In this document: positions 36,400 to 44,486 of the stretch, one piece after another
How the letters are laid out: each line of letters begins with the position of its first letter
How positions within the stretch are numbered: the stretch's first letter is position 1
Origin: Bacteroidota bacterium
GTDB lineage: Bacteria > Bacteroidota > Bacteroidia > Bacteroidales > JAGNHN01
Length of the DNA stretch: 64,000 bases
Assembly (NCBI GenBank): GCA_022710185.1
Contig: JAKLHK010000004.1
Location: forward strand, 3,669-67,668
Direction: 5' to 3'
Made by a program: the position numbers and the translations under genes
The notes under the pieces: model-generated
What the model was told of the DNA's origin: nothing
The model's database searches: none
What the model saw: only the letters and a program-made list of their open reading frames with translations

Positions 36400-38612
36400 A
36401 TTTCAACCCGATACGATGCACATTTATCAATAATACGCTTCACAGAGGTGCTTACCTGACCGTGGTGCATCCCTTCCCATAGCACCTTACTACAACCCAC
36501 AACCACCAGTTTAGAGATTGCTCTGCTTAATGCCACATTAACCAGGCGTTCGCCATCCTTGCCATAGTACAGGTTGCCAATGCGTATGGGGCTTTTGTTG
36601 GTATCGAACAAACCATCTACCATATCGAAGATGATAATATCGCATTCGCTACCCTGGAAACTATGTATGGTTCCCACCTTTGCTTCAAAGTTCGGTTTGC
36701 ATTCTTGTACAAACTCTTCAACAGCTTTCTGGTAGTTGAGCACCTGCGCACGATAGGGTGCAATAATGCCAACTGAACCACTAATGCCATCTGCATCGTA
36801 CTCCCCCAGGAGACACATTACATACTCGAGGCTACCTTCGTTATAGCGGGAGTGAGTTCCAGTACGGGCTACGGCATAATCTTCATCTTTACCAAGGTCC
36901 ACAAAAGTGACGTTGCCGGCTCTTGGCGAGACTTCATAACAAAGAGACTGACGGTCATTTTTAAGTGTATCAAGTTGTCCCCCGTAGAATTCAGTATTGA
37001 CCAGCTCGATGATAGGCTTGGCACAGCGCCGCTGAAGTTTCAGCATAGAAACGGCTTCATGACTTGCGATATCACCAGTACCCAGAAGATCGAACAGACT
37101 TGAGTGAAGCCAGCGATCAGACAAGGCAGTGTTGGATAAGGCGATTGGTCCGAGCTGCCGGTGGTCCCCTGCGACGACGATACGCTTCGTAACCTTACTG
37201 GATAATGCCAGCAAGATTGGGGGTGACATCATACTTCCTTCGTCAATCACGAGGTTATCAAAGTTGGCTTCTGAGATAGACTCTTCCATAAGCGCTTTGG
37301 AAGAGGTGGTAAAGATGATCCGGGCATTCTCTATTCTTTCTCGCAGATGATTTGCCAACTGGTGTTTTGCCTGTTCCAGTTCCGATAGCTTTCTTGCATA
37401 GGTTGTCCTATTTTTATCCGCATCAATGGCAGGAATCTCTTCTTCGAGTACCTGTATCCTGCTGCGAAATTCAAGAGTCACATCATCTTCCGGGAACAAT
37501 TCTTCGACTTCCAGTAAATCCTTATCCCCCACATATCCTATCCGCAGTATCTCTCCACGCTTTAGTATTTCTGCATCCTGTTTCTTAATGGCGGCTACAA
37601 GCTTCATTGCAAGTCCATTTACGGCTACGTTGGCTATGGAACAGACCAGGGTTCGCTCACCTTTCATGAACAATGCAAGGAGCAAGGATGCCAACGTATA
37701 GGATTTTCCCGTACCAGGCGGTCCCCATATATATGTAACGGGTTGTGTTATCGATTTCCTTACGGCTTCTTGTTGACTGACATCCAAATTGCCAGCAAGG
37801 GGTGGGATATTCTCATCAGGGAAATAAATGATGTCAGGTGCCGAACGGAACAGATTCCTGAACCGATGACTGCTCAGGTCAATCCTTTCGATACTTTTGA
37901 TCAGGTTACTGATCAGGTACCAGGGGTTATTCTCCAGTCTGGGGCGACCACCTGATGGGAGCTTGCGGCTGGTCTGGAAAATAACCTTGCTTGTTCGACT
38001 ATCAAACTGAAGAATAGTTACATAAGTGATAAAACCATGGTTTTTATACCGAACCTTTAATCCCTCCGGTAGCTGGATCACCTGGTCGTCCGAGTCCGTA
38101 AAACACCTCGCTGAATAGACCTGGATACCCTTTACTGTCGTTAAATAGGTCAAGCCATACAGGTCCACATAATTCTTTCGGGTGGATTCATTGAATGAAC
38201 GTATTTCATCCTTCAGTGCCTGTATGATTTCTTGCTGAATCCCGATATCATCTATTTGTGGCGGGCGAACTGAGAAGATACCTGGGTGATGTTCTCGTAT
38301 TAGGGAAATTGCTGGTCGGAATTTCCTTAGTCGTCCAGTACTGTCGAACTCGAAGAATTCCCTGTACTGTCCAAGCATCCGTGTAATCAGATGTACCCCA
38401 TCCTGACCGTTACCAAAGATCAATGATGCTGCCTGTCCATTGGTAAAATAGAAATAAACCGGCTTTTGATGACGAGGGGCTTGCAGGTAAATAAGTTCAG
38501 ATCCTTTCCTCACCAACTGCCTGATATAATAGTAGAATATCTCTTTAGGATCGTTTTTATCCCTCAGCGAGCGCCGAATCAGCTCATCGTCTATGTGAAT
38601 TAATTCCTGCAT
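36396..38612 (-). CDS. Upf1/DNA2-like SF1 helicase (AAA_11/AAA_12-type) with an uncharacterised ~270-aa N-terminal region
   Basis: Walker A IWGPPGTGKSYT, Walker B VIDEGSMM, GDHRQLGPI, LKLQRRC, IIAPYRAQV, TIHSFQGSECDIIIF, NVALSRA. It lies between hsdM (1-nt gap) and hsdS (ATGA overlap). Confidence 0.88.
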   Translation of the reverse strand: MQELIHIDDELIRRSLRDKNDPKEIFYYYIRQLVRKGSELIYLQAPRHQKPVYFYFTNGQAASLIFGNGQDGVHLITRMLGQYREFFEFDSTGRLRKFRPAISLIREHHPGIFSVRPPQIDDIGIQQEIIQALKDEIRSFNESTRKNYVDLYGLTYLTTVKGIQVYSARCFTDSDDQVIQLPEGLKVRYKNHGFITYVTILQFDSRTSKVIFQTSRKLPSGGRPRLENNPWYLISNLIKSIERIDLSSHRFRNLFRSAPDIIYFPDENIPPLAGNLDVSQQEAVRKSITQPVTYIWGPPGTGKSYTLASLLLALFMKGERTLVCSIANVAVNGLAMKLVAAIKKQDAEILKRGEILRIGYVGDKDLLEVEELFPEDDVTLEFRSRIQVLEEEIPAIDADKNRTTYARKLSELEQAKHQLANHLRERIENARIIFTTSSKALMEESISEANFDNLVIDEGSMMSPPILLALSSKVTKRIVVAGDHRQLGPIALSNTALSDRWLHSSLFDLLGTGDIASHEAVSMLKLQRRCAKPIIELVNTEFYGGQLDTLKNDRQSLCYEVSPRAGNVTFVDLGKDEDYAVARTGTHSRYNEGSLEYVMCLLGEYDADGISGSVGIIAPYRAQVLNYQKAVEEFVQECKPNFEAKVGTIHSFQGSECDIIIFDMVDGLFDTNKSPIRIGNLYYGKDGERLVNVALSRAISKLVVVGCSKVLWEGMHHGQVSTSVKRIIDKCASYRVEI

Positions 38613-38613
38613 G

Positions 38614-41031
38614 TCACAGCATTGTAAAACCCATCTTACGGAGATGCCCCTTTACCTTCTCATCCAGTTCGTTGATCTCCTCTTCGATAAAGGGTAAGGG
38701 AGTCTCATAGCGTTCCATCAGCTCCTTAATCCTTCCAGTCAGTCGTTGACTCACGCGCTCCAGCTCCCTTTCGATGGCAGCCTCCATTGCTTTCATCCAC
38801 TTTGAACCGACCACGATCTCCTTCACCAGGGAGGGTGTAAGGCGCTGATATTGTGCCAATGCCAGTCTATCGATCTCCTTCCCGAGATCGCTGATCCTGG
38901 ACTTAAGTTGGGACTGTTTCTCCGAGAGATCCAAGTAGGTCTTCATAACCCTGACCTCATCCTTTGCTTCCTTGTCGTCCCTGATCTCCTTCAGGCGCCG
39001 GGTGATTGTGCCCTTGTTCACCTTATCGAAATCTGAGAAGTAGCCTTCATCACCATTCTGCTCTTCCACGAGCTCATCCAGCTCAGCAGCAATGGCATCT
39101 GCTTCCGCTTCCAGCTCTTGCAATCTGTTTTGTTGATCAGCAAAGAACTCAGAGATCATCAATGCCGGAGGGATGAGGTCGCTGTTCCAGCCCTTATCCT
39201 TCTGCTTGCCCGACTTGTTGGTATCTGTAACACGGTATGGTTGTGATTCCCAGCCTGCTTCAGCGATCAGATATAGATCATCCTGCATCACCTCTGCCCA
39301 ATAATCCATAAGGTGTTGATAGATATCGTAGTTATTCAGCAGTTTTTCCAAAGCATAGGCTTCCAGCAGGCGCTCACCAATGTGCGCGATAACCTGCCGG
39401 GGATTGCAGCCAATGTCCAGCGACTGCAGATAGTCTTTTGCTTCCTGAGACCAGCTGCCAAAGACCTCCTTCACCTGCTTGCTGTAACTGCGAAATTCAG
39501 GATATTCAAAGATGGCAGCCTTGATTTCCCCCTTATCGATGAGCATTTTGAAGTATCCTGGACGATCTCCTGCCGTGAACAGCTTCGACCTCAATCCTGG
39601 AAAAACGGTCCAATATTCTTGTAGTCCGTCCACATCGCGTTCCGGGATACCCCCGTACAGATGGGCAGCAATATCCTGAATATCTTCTACCTCCTGGCTT
39701 TCGATATATCGCGGGATATTCAGGTTGAAGTCATTCTTTGGATCTGCAATCTCTTCCACAGCTACAAGGCGACTATAACCCGGGATCTCGGTCTGCTTGT
39801 TGAAGACATCCACAATACGGTGGATATCCTGCTCCCGGAGACGGTTTTTGTTTCCGTCCTTGATAAATCCCTTGCTGGCATCGATCATAAAGATCCCCTT
39901 TCGTTCGGGTGCACCTGCCTTATCGATCACGATGATGCAGGCAGGGATACCGGTACCATAGAACAGGTTAGCCGGCAGCCCGATGATCCCTTTGATCAGT
40001 CCCCGGCGGATGATGTTCCTGCGGATCTCCGCTTCGGCATTTCCACGGAACAATACCCCGTGGGGAAGAATGATCGCCCCCTTGCCTGAGCTTTTCAGGG
40101 ATGCGATGATATGTAGCAGGAAGGCATAGTCCCCGTTCTTCTGCGGGGGCATTCCATAGCCCGTAAACCGGTTATGTTCATCGTTCTGGGGATCGAAGCC
40201 CTGCATCCAGTTCTTGCTGGAGAATGGAGGATTGGCTACAGCGAAGTCGAAAGTCTTGAGGTATCCATGATCGTCAAAGAACAGAGGGTTGGAGAGTGTG
40301 CTTTGTCCTTTCACGATCTCGGCTGCATCGTTGCCGTGAAGTATCATATTCATCTTAGCAAGTGATCCTGTAGCATTATCTTTTTCTTGTCCGTATAGGG
40401 AAGACTTCCCATCATGCTCATCGCCGACCTTAAGCAGCAGTGATCCGGAACCACAGGTCGGGTCATAGAATGTTCGGTTCTCCCTCACCCCTTTTGGAAT
40501 CTCCAGCACCATTGCCATTATCCGGCTCACCTCTGCAGGTGTGTAGAACTGTCCCTTTGCCTTTCCAGATTCTGTTGCGAAGTGACGCATAAGATATTCA
40601 TAGGCATCCCCCAGCAGGTCATCGCCACCAGCTTTATTCTTGCTGAAATCAAGGGCAGGGTTCTCGAAGATGGCGATCAACTTACTGAGCGTGTCAACCA
40701 TCTCCTTACCTTTTCCCAGCATTTCCTCATCGTTGAACACCGCAACGTCAATCACGTTCTGGAGTCCATTTGCTCTGGCGATGGCACCGATAGCAGTATC
40801 CATCCGCTCACCGATATCCTTGTGGTGCTTCAGCTTGGCAATCTCTGTGAAGCTGCATCCTGGAGGAACCTCAATCAGAGAATAGGGGTCACTTACTGCC
40901 TTATCGGAAACATACTTCCAGAAGAGCATAACCAGCACATAGTCCTTATACTGTGAGGCGTCCATACCCCCACGCAGCGCGTCGCAGCTTGCCCAGAGCG
41001 AGCTGTATAGTTCAGATTTCTTGAGAGCCAT
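38614..41031 (-). CDS. hsdM: Type I R-M N6-adenine DNA methyltransferase subunit M with a long coiled-coil C-terminal extension
   Basis: Start moved to the conserved MALKKSELYSSLWASCDALRGGMDASQYKDY (HsdM N-terminal domain). SAM motif YDPTCGSGSLL and catalytic NPPFS. About 300 extra C-terminal residues rich in E/K/L heptads. Confidence 0.92.
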   Translation of the reverse strand: MALKKSELYSSLWASCDALRGGMDASQYKDYVLVMLFWKYVSDKAVSDPYSLIEVPPGCSFTEIAKLKHHKDIGERMDTAIGAIARANGLQNVIDVAVFNDEEMLGKGKEMVDTLSKLIAIFENPALDFSKNKAGGDDLLGDAYEYLMRHFATESGKAKGQFYTPAEVSRIMAMVLEIPKGVRENRTFYDPTCGSGSLLLKVGDEHDGKSSLYGQEKDNATGSLAKMNMILHGNDAAEIVKGQSTLSNPLFFDDHGYLKTFDFAVANPPFSSKNWMQGFDPQNDEHNRFTGYGMPPQKNGDYAFLLHIIASLKSSGKGAIILPHGVLFRGNAEAEIRRNIIRRGLIKGIIGLPANLFYGTGIPACIIVIDKAGAPERKGIFMIDASKGFIKDGNKNRLREQDIHRIVDVFNKQTEIPGYSRLVAVEEIADPKNDFNLNIPRYIESQEVEDIQDIAAHLYGGIPERDVDGLQEYWTVFPGLRSKLFTAGDRPGYFKMLIDKGEIKAAIFEYPEFRSYSKQVKEVFGSWSQEAKDYLQSLDIGCNPRQVIAHIGERLLEAYALEKLLNNYDIYQHLMDYWAEVMQDDLYLIAEAGWESQPYRVTDTNKSGKQKDKGWNSDLIPPALMISEFFADQQNRLQELEAEADAIAAELDELVEEQNGDEGYFSDFDKVNKGTITRRLKEIRDDKEAKDEVRVMKTYLDLSEKQSQLKSRISDLGKEIDRLALAQYQRLTPSLVKEIVVGSKWMKAMEAAIERELERVSQRLTGRIKELMERYETPLPFIEEEINELDEKVKGHLRKMGFTML

Positions 41032-41282
41032 AGGCGAAGATCCTTGAAATGGTAGGGGTAAATCTAAGGAATAGTTGCCGTAATCAACGCTATTGGACCG
41101 CAAAAACATATATAGTTGACCTCTATTGCAATTGTTCGATTGATGGAAAGGCATTACCTTTCAGCTCTATAAGCATATCAACAGCCCATAGGTATTGGAG
41201 CCCGCATCAGAGATGCAAAGACGGTGGAGATTGCTATGGGGTTATTGGAGCTGGAGCATTTACTATCCAATCATAAGAATCT

Positions 41283-41894
41283 ATGGCAACGCTAACCAAC
41301 GAAGGCTACCTCACCGAATTATTAGATATAAAGGAAAAACTCGAAGATTTCGTGATCCTTATTAGCCAAGGTAGAGCGACATACTTTAAGGACGTTGCTC
41401 TCAAGCTTCGTATCCTGTATTGTAAGAAAAGACCATTACTGAAGGAGATTGAGCTTCGGTTTTTGGTTCAGTGCATGGTAGCCATCAAATATTCTATTGA
41501 GGAACAAGTAGCACGCGGAATGCTTCCAGCCTCTCTATTAGATGGATTGCATTTCCAAGTTAAATGCAATGCATCAACATGGTTTGAGCGAGGGCATGAA
41601 CTCGTTCCGATATGGATAGCACTTGAGCGTGACGCGGTTATTCTTACTAACGAAAGCTACAGCTTAAGAAGAATAATAGAAGTAATGGCTGACCGAATGG
41701 GTGGGGCTCATATAGATCAATCCGTGCCTGATGCAGACCTGAAGCTATACAATAGTCAAACCCAAATCGGTGGGTTTTCTCTTGCTGAATCGGTGTTATT
41801 TGATGTTGCAAGGTCATCGATTAAATTAATTGAACTTATTGAAGACAAGCTAATTGGTGGTAATGCATCTCGGTTCATAATAGCTAGTTTGTGA
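41283..41894 (+). CDS. Hypothetical protein (orphan, A+T-rich, divergent from hsdM) carrying an Rx4H motif
   Basis: 203-aa ORF with no competing ORF and coherent, helix-like composition. I recognise no family. R138-MGGA-H143 is encoded at 41694-41711. Confidence 0.6.
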   Translation: MATLTNEGYLTELLDIKEKLEDFVILISQGRATYFKDVALKLRILYCKKRPLLKEIELRFLVQCMVAIKYSIEEQVARGMLPASLLDGLHFQVKCNASTWFERGHELVPIWIALERDAVILTNESYSLRRIIEVMADRMGGAHIDQSVPDADLKLYNSQTQIGGFSLAESVLFDVARSSIKLIELIEDKLIGGNASRFIIASL

Positions 41895-42337
41895 AAGTTG
41901 CATAACCCCTCCATCTCAGCTAAATTATTATCTCTGCTGCTCCCCCGCTCCGCAAATATGGACTTGGAGGGTCTTTCGGGTGAGTTAGCATTGTGATTCA
42001 GGGTAGGTACGGTGCAACTACATCCGTATCGCCTGCAATAATAGAGCCTAGTAACGGCAAGCGGTTGTCGATCCTAATCTATTGTGCAAGCAGATATTCG
42101 CCCATATCAATCGAAGTTCATAATGGTGGTGGCGAACTCCTTCCGTGCATCATCATCGAAGCCGGCAAAATGCTGCCCCAGTTTATAGAAATTCTTGGAC
42201 AGAGCACCCCTTTTCCCTACCTTTATCACAACACCCTGTCAGCAGGCAGCTGTTTCCGTGATGATTACCGTGGGCGGTAGTGTAATCCATCCAGAATGAG
42301 TGTGAGAGCGAGAGTGAGAATGCTACACTTTATTTGC

Positions 42338-42592
42338 CCTGGGGATCAGGGTTTGAGGAAGAGGAACAGGAAGAGGAAAAAGGGAGCCCACACTGTTCCT
42401 CCACACTCCAAACTGTTTTTGGGTTTGAGGAAGAGGGAGAGGAAGAGGGTTGAATAGTTTGGAGTTTGAGGAAGAGGGAGAGGAAGAGGGACGCCACACT
42501 CTTCCTCCACACTCCAAACTGTTATTGAGGAAGAGGGACGCCACACTCTTCCTCCACACTCCAAACTGTTTTAACCTTCACACTCCACACTG
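42338..42592. repeat. Hairpin-containing tandem array A (about 47-bp units, 2 good and several degenerate copies)
   Basis: The unit is GAGGAAGAGGGACGCCACACTCTTCCTCCACACTCCAAACTGTTATT. The array begins with CCTGGGGATCAG plus an inverted partial unit (AATAGTTTGGAGT), as array B does. Its last degenerate copy overlaps the final 5 codons of the four-helix-bundle gene. Confidence 0.9.
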
Positions 42593-42925
42593 TTTTATCA
42601 GACTATACAGCATACGCGAAATCTCTTCCCCCATTGCGTAGAATTCCCTGAAGAGATTCCCGTCAATGAGATGCTGGTCCTTCATCAGGCCAAATATTGC
42701 TATGCATTCATACACTGAGCCGCGTGCAATAATATAGAAATACCTCTTGTCGCGCTTTGAGAAGCGTCCAGCCCCCTCTGCAATATTTAAGACAACACTT
42801 AATGAGGCCCGTAACAGCTGATTCCGTTCGGGGTTTTGGATATCATTAATCTGGACAAGGCTTTTTGTTTTCATATGGAATGATTTGGCCTGTCCGTATA
42901 CCTCCAGCTTTTCGAAGTCGAACAT
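42578..42925 (-). CDS. Four-helix-bundle protein (23S rRNA intervening-sequence protein / Avd-like family)
   Basis: 115 aa, starting MFDFEKLEVYGQAKSF. The ...VLNIAEGAGRFSKRDKRYFYIIARGSVYEC... block is the hallmark of this family. The track ORF 42578..43696 is an artefactual read-through. Confidence 0.88.
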   Translation of the reverse strand: MFDFEKLEVYGQAKSFHMKTKSLVQINDIQNPERNQLLRASLSVVLNIAEGAGRFSKRDKRYFYIIARGSVYECIAIFGLMKDQHLIDGNLFREFYAMGEEISRMLYSLIKQCGV

Positions 42926-43009
42926 ACGGTCTGAGTGCTTGGTTACTACGCTAAATAGACGCAACAGGACCCTGGAACGGAAAAAATGAAGTGAAGAATT
43001 GTTGACTGT

Positions 43010-43427
43010 CCTGGGGATCAGTATTGTAGTTTGAGGAAGAGGGAGAGGGTTGAATAGTTTGGAGTTTGAGGAAGAGGGAGAGGGAGAGGAAGAGGGAGAG
43101 GGAAAATCACACTCTTCCTTCACACTCCACTCTGTTATTGAGGGAGAGGGAAAATCACACTCTTCCTTCACACTCCAAACTGCTATTGAGGAAGAGGGAA
43201 AATCACACTCTTCCTCCACACTCCAAACTGTTATTGAGGAAGAGGGAAAATCACACTCTTCCTCCACACTCCAAACTGTTATTGAGGAAGAGGGAAAATC
43301 ACACTCTTCCTCCACACTCCAAACTGTTATTGAGGGAGAGGGAAAATCACACTCTTCCTCCACACTCCAAACTGTTATTGAGGAAGAGGGAAAATCACAC
43401 TCTTCCTTCACACTCCAAACTGTTTTT
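43010..43427. repeat. Hairpin-containing tandem array B (leader plus 7 x 48-bp units at 43092-43427)
   Basis: Units start at 43092, 43140, 43188, 43236, 43284, 43332 and 43380, each exactly 48 bp. Each reads GAGG(A/G)AGAG-GGAAAATCACA-CTCTTCCT(C/T)-CACACTCCAAACTGTTATT, a 9-bp inverted repeat with an 11-nt loop. The array ends 1 nt from the tRNA-Thr 3' end. Confidence 0.95.
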
Positions 43428-43428
43428 G

Positions 43429-43501
43429 AGCCTCTCACCGGACTCGAACCGGCGACCTGCTCATTACGAGTGAGCTGCTCTACCAACTGAGCTAAAGAGG
43501 C
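43429..43501 (-). tRNA. tRNA-Thr (anticodon CGT)
   Basis: The reverse complement folds as a cloverleaf. The acceptor is GCCTCTT/GAGAGGC and the D arm is TAGCTCAGTTGGTAGAGC. The anticodon stem-loop is CTCAC-TCGTAAT-GAGCA and the T arm is GCCGGTTCGAGTCCGGT. No CCA is encoded. Confidence 0.9.
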
Positions 43502-43568
43502 TGGTCTATTACGAGGCGACAAAAGTAATAAAAAGCGGGCAACGGGCAAGGGCCGGGGCAAAAACCCC

Positions 43569-44198
43569 TCAGCGACCCTCGGGCCCCACGCTCTGGGTGA
43601 TGATGACTTCCTGCCCCTCACCCAGGCCCAGCAGCCGGTGCAGGGGCTCCGCGTCGAAATACCCGCGCACCACCGTTGCCAGCCCTGCCGAAGCACAATA
43701 GAGATAGACGTTCTGCACCATCAGCCCGGCGTTGAGGGCGCTGGTGGCCTTGTACTCCGCCGCCGTGGCCCCGATGCGGGCATAGTCGGCCACGTAAACC
43801 AGGTTCACGGCCGCCTTGCCCACGAAATCCTGCTTGCCGGTCTCCGCCCGGTGGTCGCCCTCCAGCACGCGGAGCAGCCCGTGAGTGGTCACATCATAGC
43901 GGTACACGCCCCCCCTCAGGAAGACGTAGAGGTCCATCTCCTGCTTGTTGCGCGAATTGGCCGTGGTACGCTTGCCGCTTTCAGGGCGGTTGATGCCGTT
44001 GGCGGCCCACAACAAGTCAGAGAGCTGCTGCACATTCAGGGGTTCATCAACATACTCCCGCGACGAGCGCCGCTCGTTCAGGCAGTCCATCAGGCCCTTG
44101 CCGCCATGCTTCTGAGGCTCGGGCAAGGGAAGGCCCTCCTGGCCGTAGGCCAGGGAACCCAGCATGATCAAAGGCATCATAAGGAGGATCGGTTTCAT
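43569..44198 (-). CDS. Nitroreductase-family (SagB/ThcOx-like) protein with signal peptide
   Basis: RRSSREY motif near the N-terminus; conserved LLWAANGINR and the nitroreductase-fold C-terminal blocks. Confidence 0.8.
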   Translation of the reverse strand: MKPILLMMPLIMLGSLAYGQEGLPLPEPQKHGGKGLMDCLNERRSSREYVDEPLNVQQLSDLLWAANGINRPESGKRTTANSRNKQEMDLYVFLRGGVYRYDVTTHGLLRVLEGDHRAETGKQDFVGKAAVNLVYVADYARIGATAAEYKATSALNAGLMVQNVYLYCASAGLATVVRGYFDAEPLHRLLGLGEGQEVIITQSVGPEGR

Positions 44199-44486
44199 TG
44201 CCTGGTGTTTTGCCAGGCAATATAGTTTTTCTATCTATATTCTGATAATCATAATGCATTGCCTTCAGGGTCGGCGGGCCTTTTTCATTCATTTCTCATT
44301 TCGCAGTGCTCATAGTCAATGATCAACTATTCATTGATTTGGCAGATCGAACGTGTGTCTTTGCGCTTTGATCGATGATACAATGTCTTTGAGCGATGAG
44401 CACTGAGCAATGAGTTCCTGGCCGCAGACGAACAAAAAAAGGATGACCCACCGGATCATCCTCTCTCATACAGGGTATGAAAAACC

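Noticed and set aside
41993-42280. 95-aa plus-strand ORF, plus short minus-strand fragments (for example ..KNFYKLGQHFAGFDDDARKEFATTIMNFD-stop and a 35-aa Cys-rich peptide)
   Set aside because: I found no recognisable family and no convincing start or RBS context, and the minus-strand reading frames are broken. This is probably decayed gene remnants at the island edge. There is not enough evidence to call a CDS or a pseudogene.
42578-42925. Diversity-generating retroelement, since the four-helix-bundle protein is Avd-like
   Set aside because: There is no reverse transcriptase ORF anywhere in the window. There is also no template/variable repeat pair with adenine-specific differences. The flanking repeats differ by G/A and C/T transitions only.
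42338-43427. Possible CRISPR array, given regularly spaced palindromic repeats near a defence island
   Set aside because: The 47/48-bp units are contiguous and nearly identical along their full length. There are no unique spacers between repeats and no cas genes in the window. These are tandem repeats, not CRISPR.
42578-43696. 372-aa minus-strand ORF from the track, and the plus-strand ORFs 43050..43490 and 43066..43473
   Set aside because: These read through the 48-bp tandem array, giving 16-aa periodic peptides, and through tRNA-Thr into the neighbouring gene. Only the last 115 codons (42578..42925, starting MFDFEKLEVY) form a recognisable four-helix-bundle protein. The rest is open by repeat composition.
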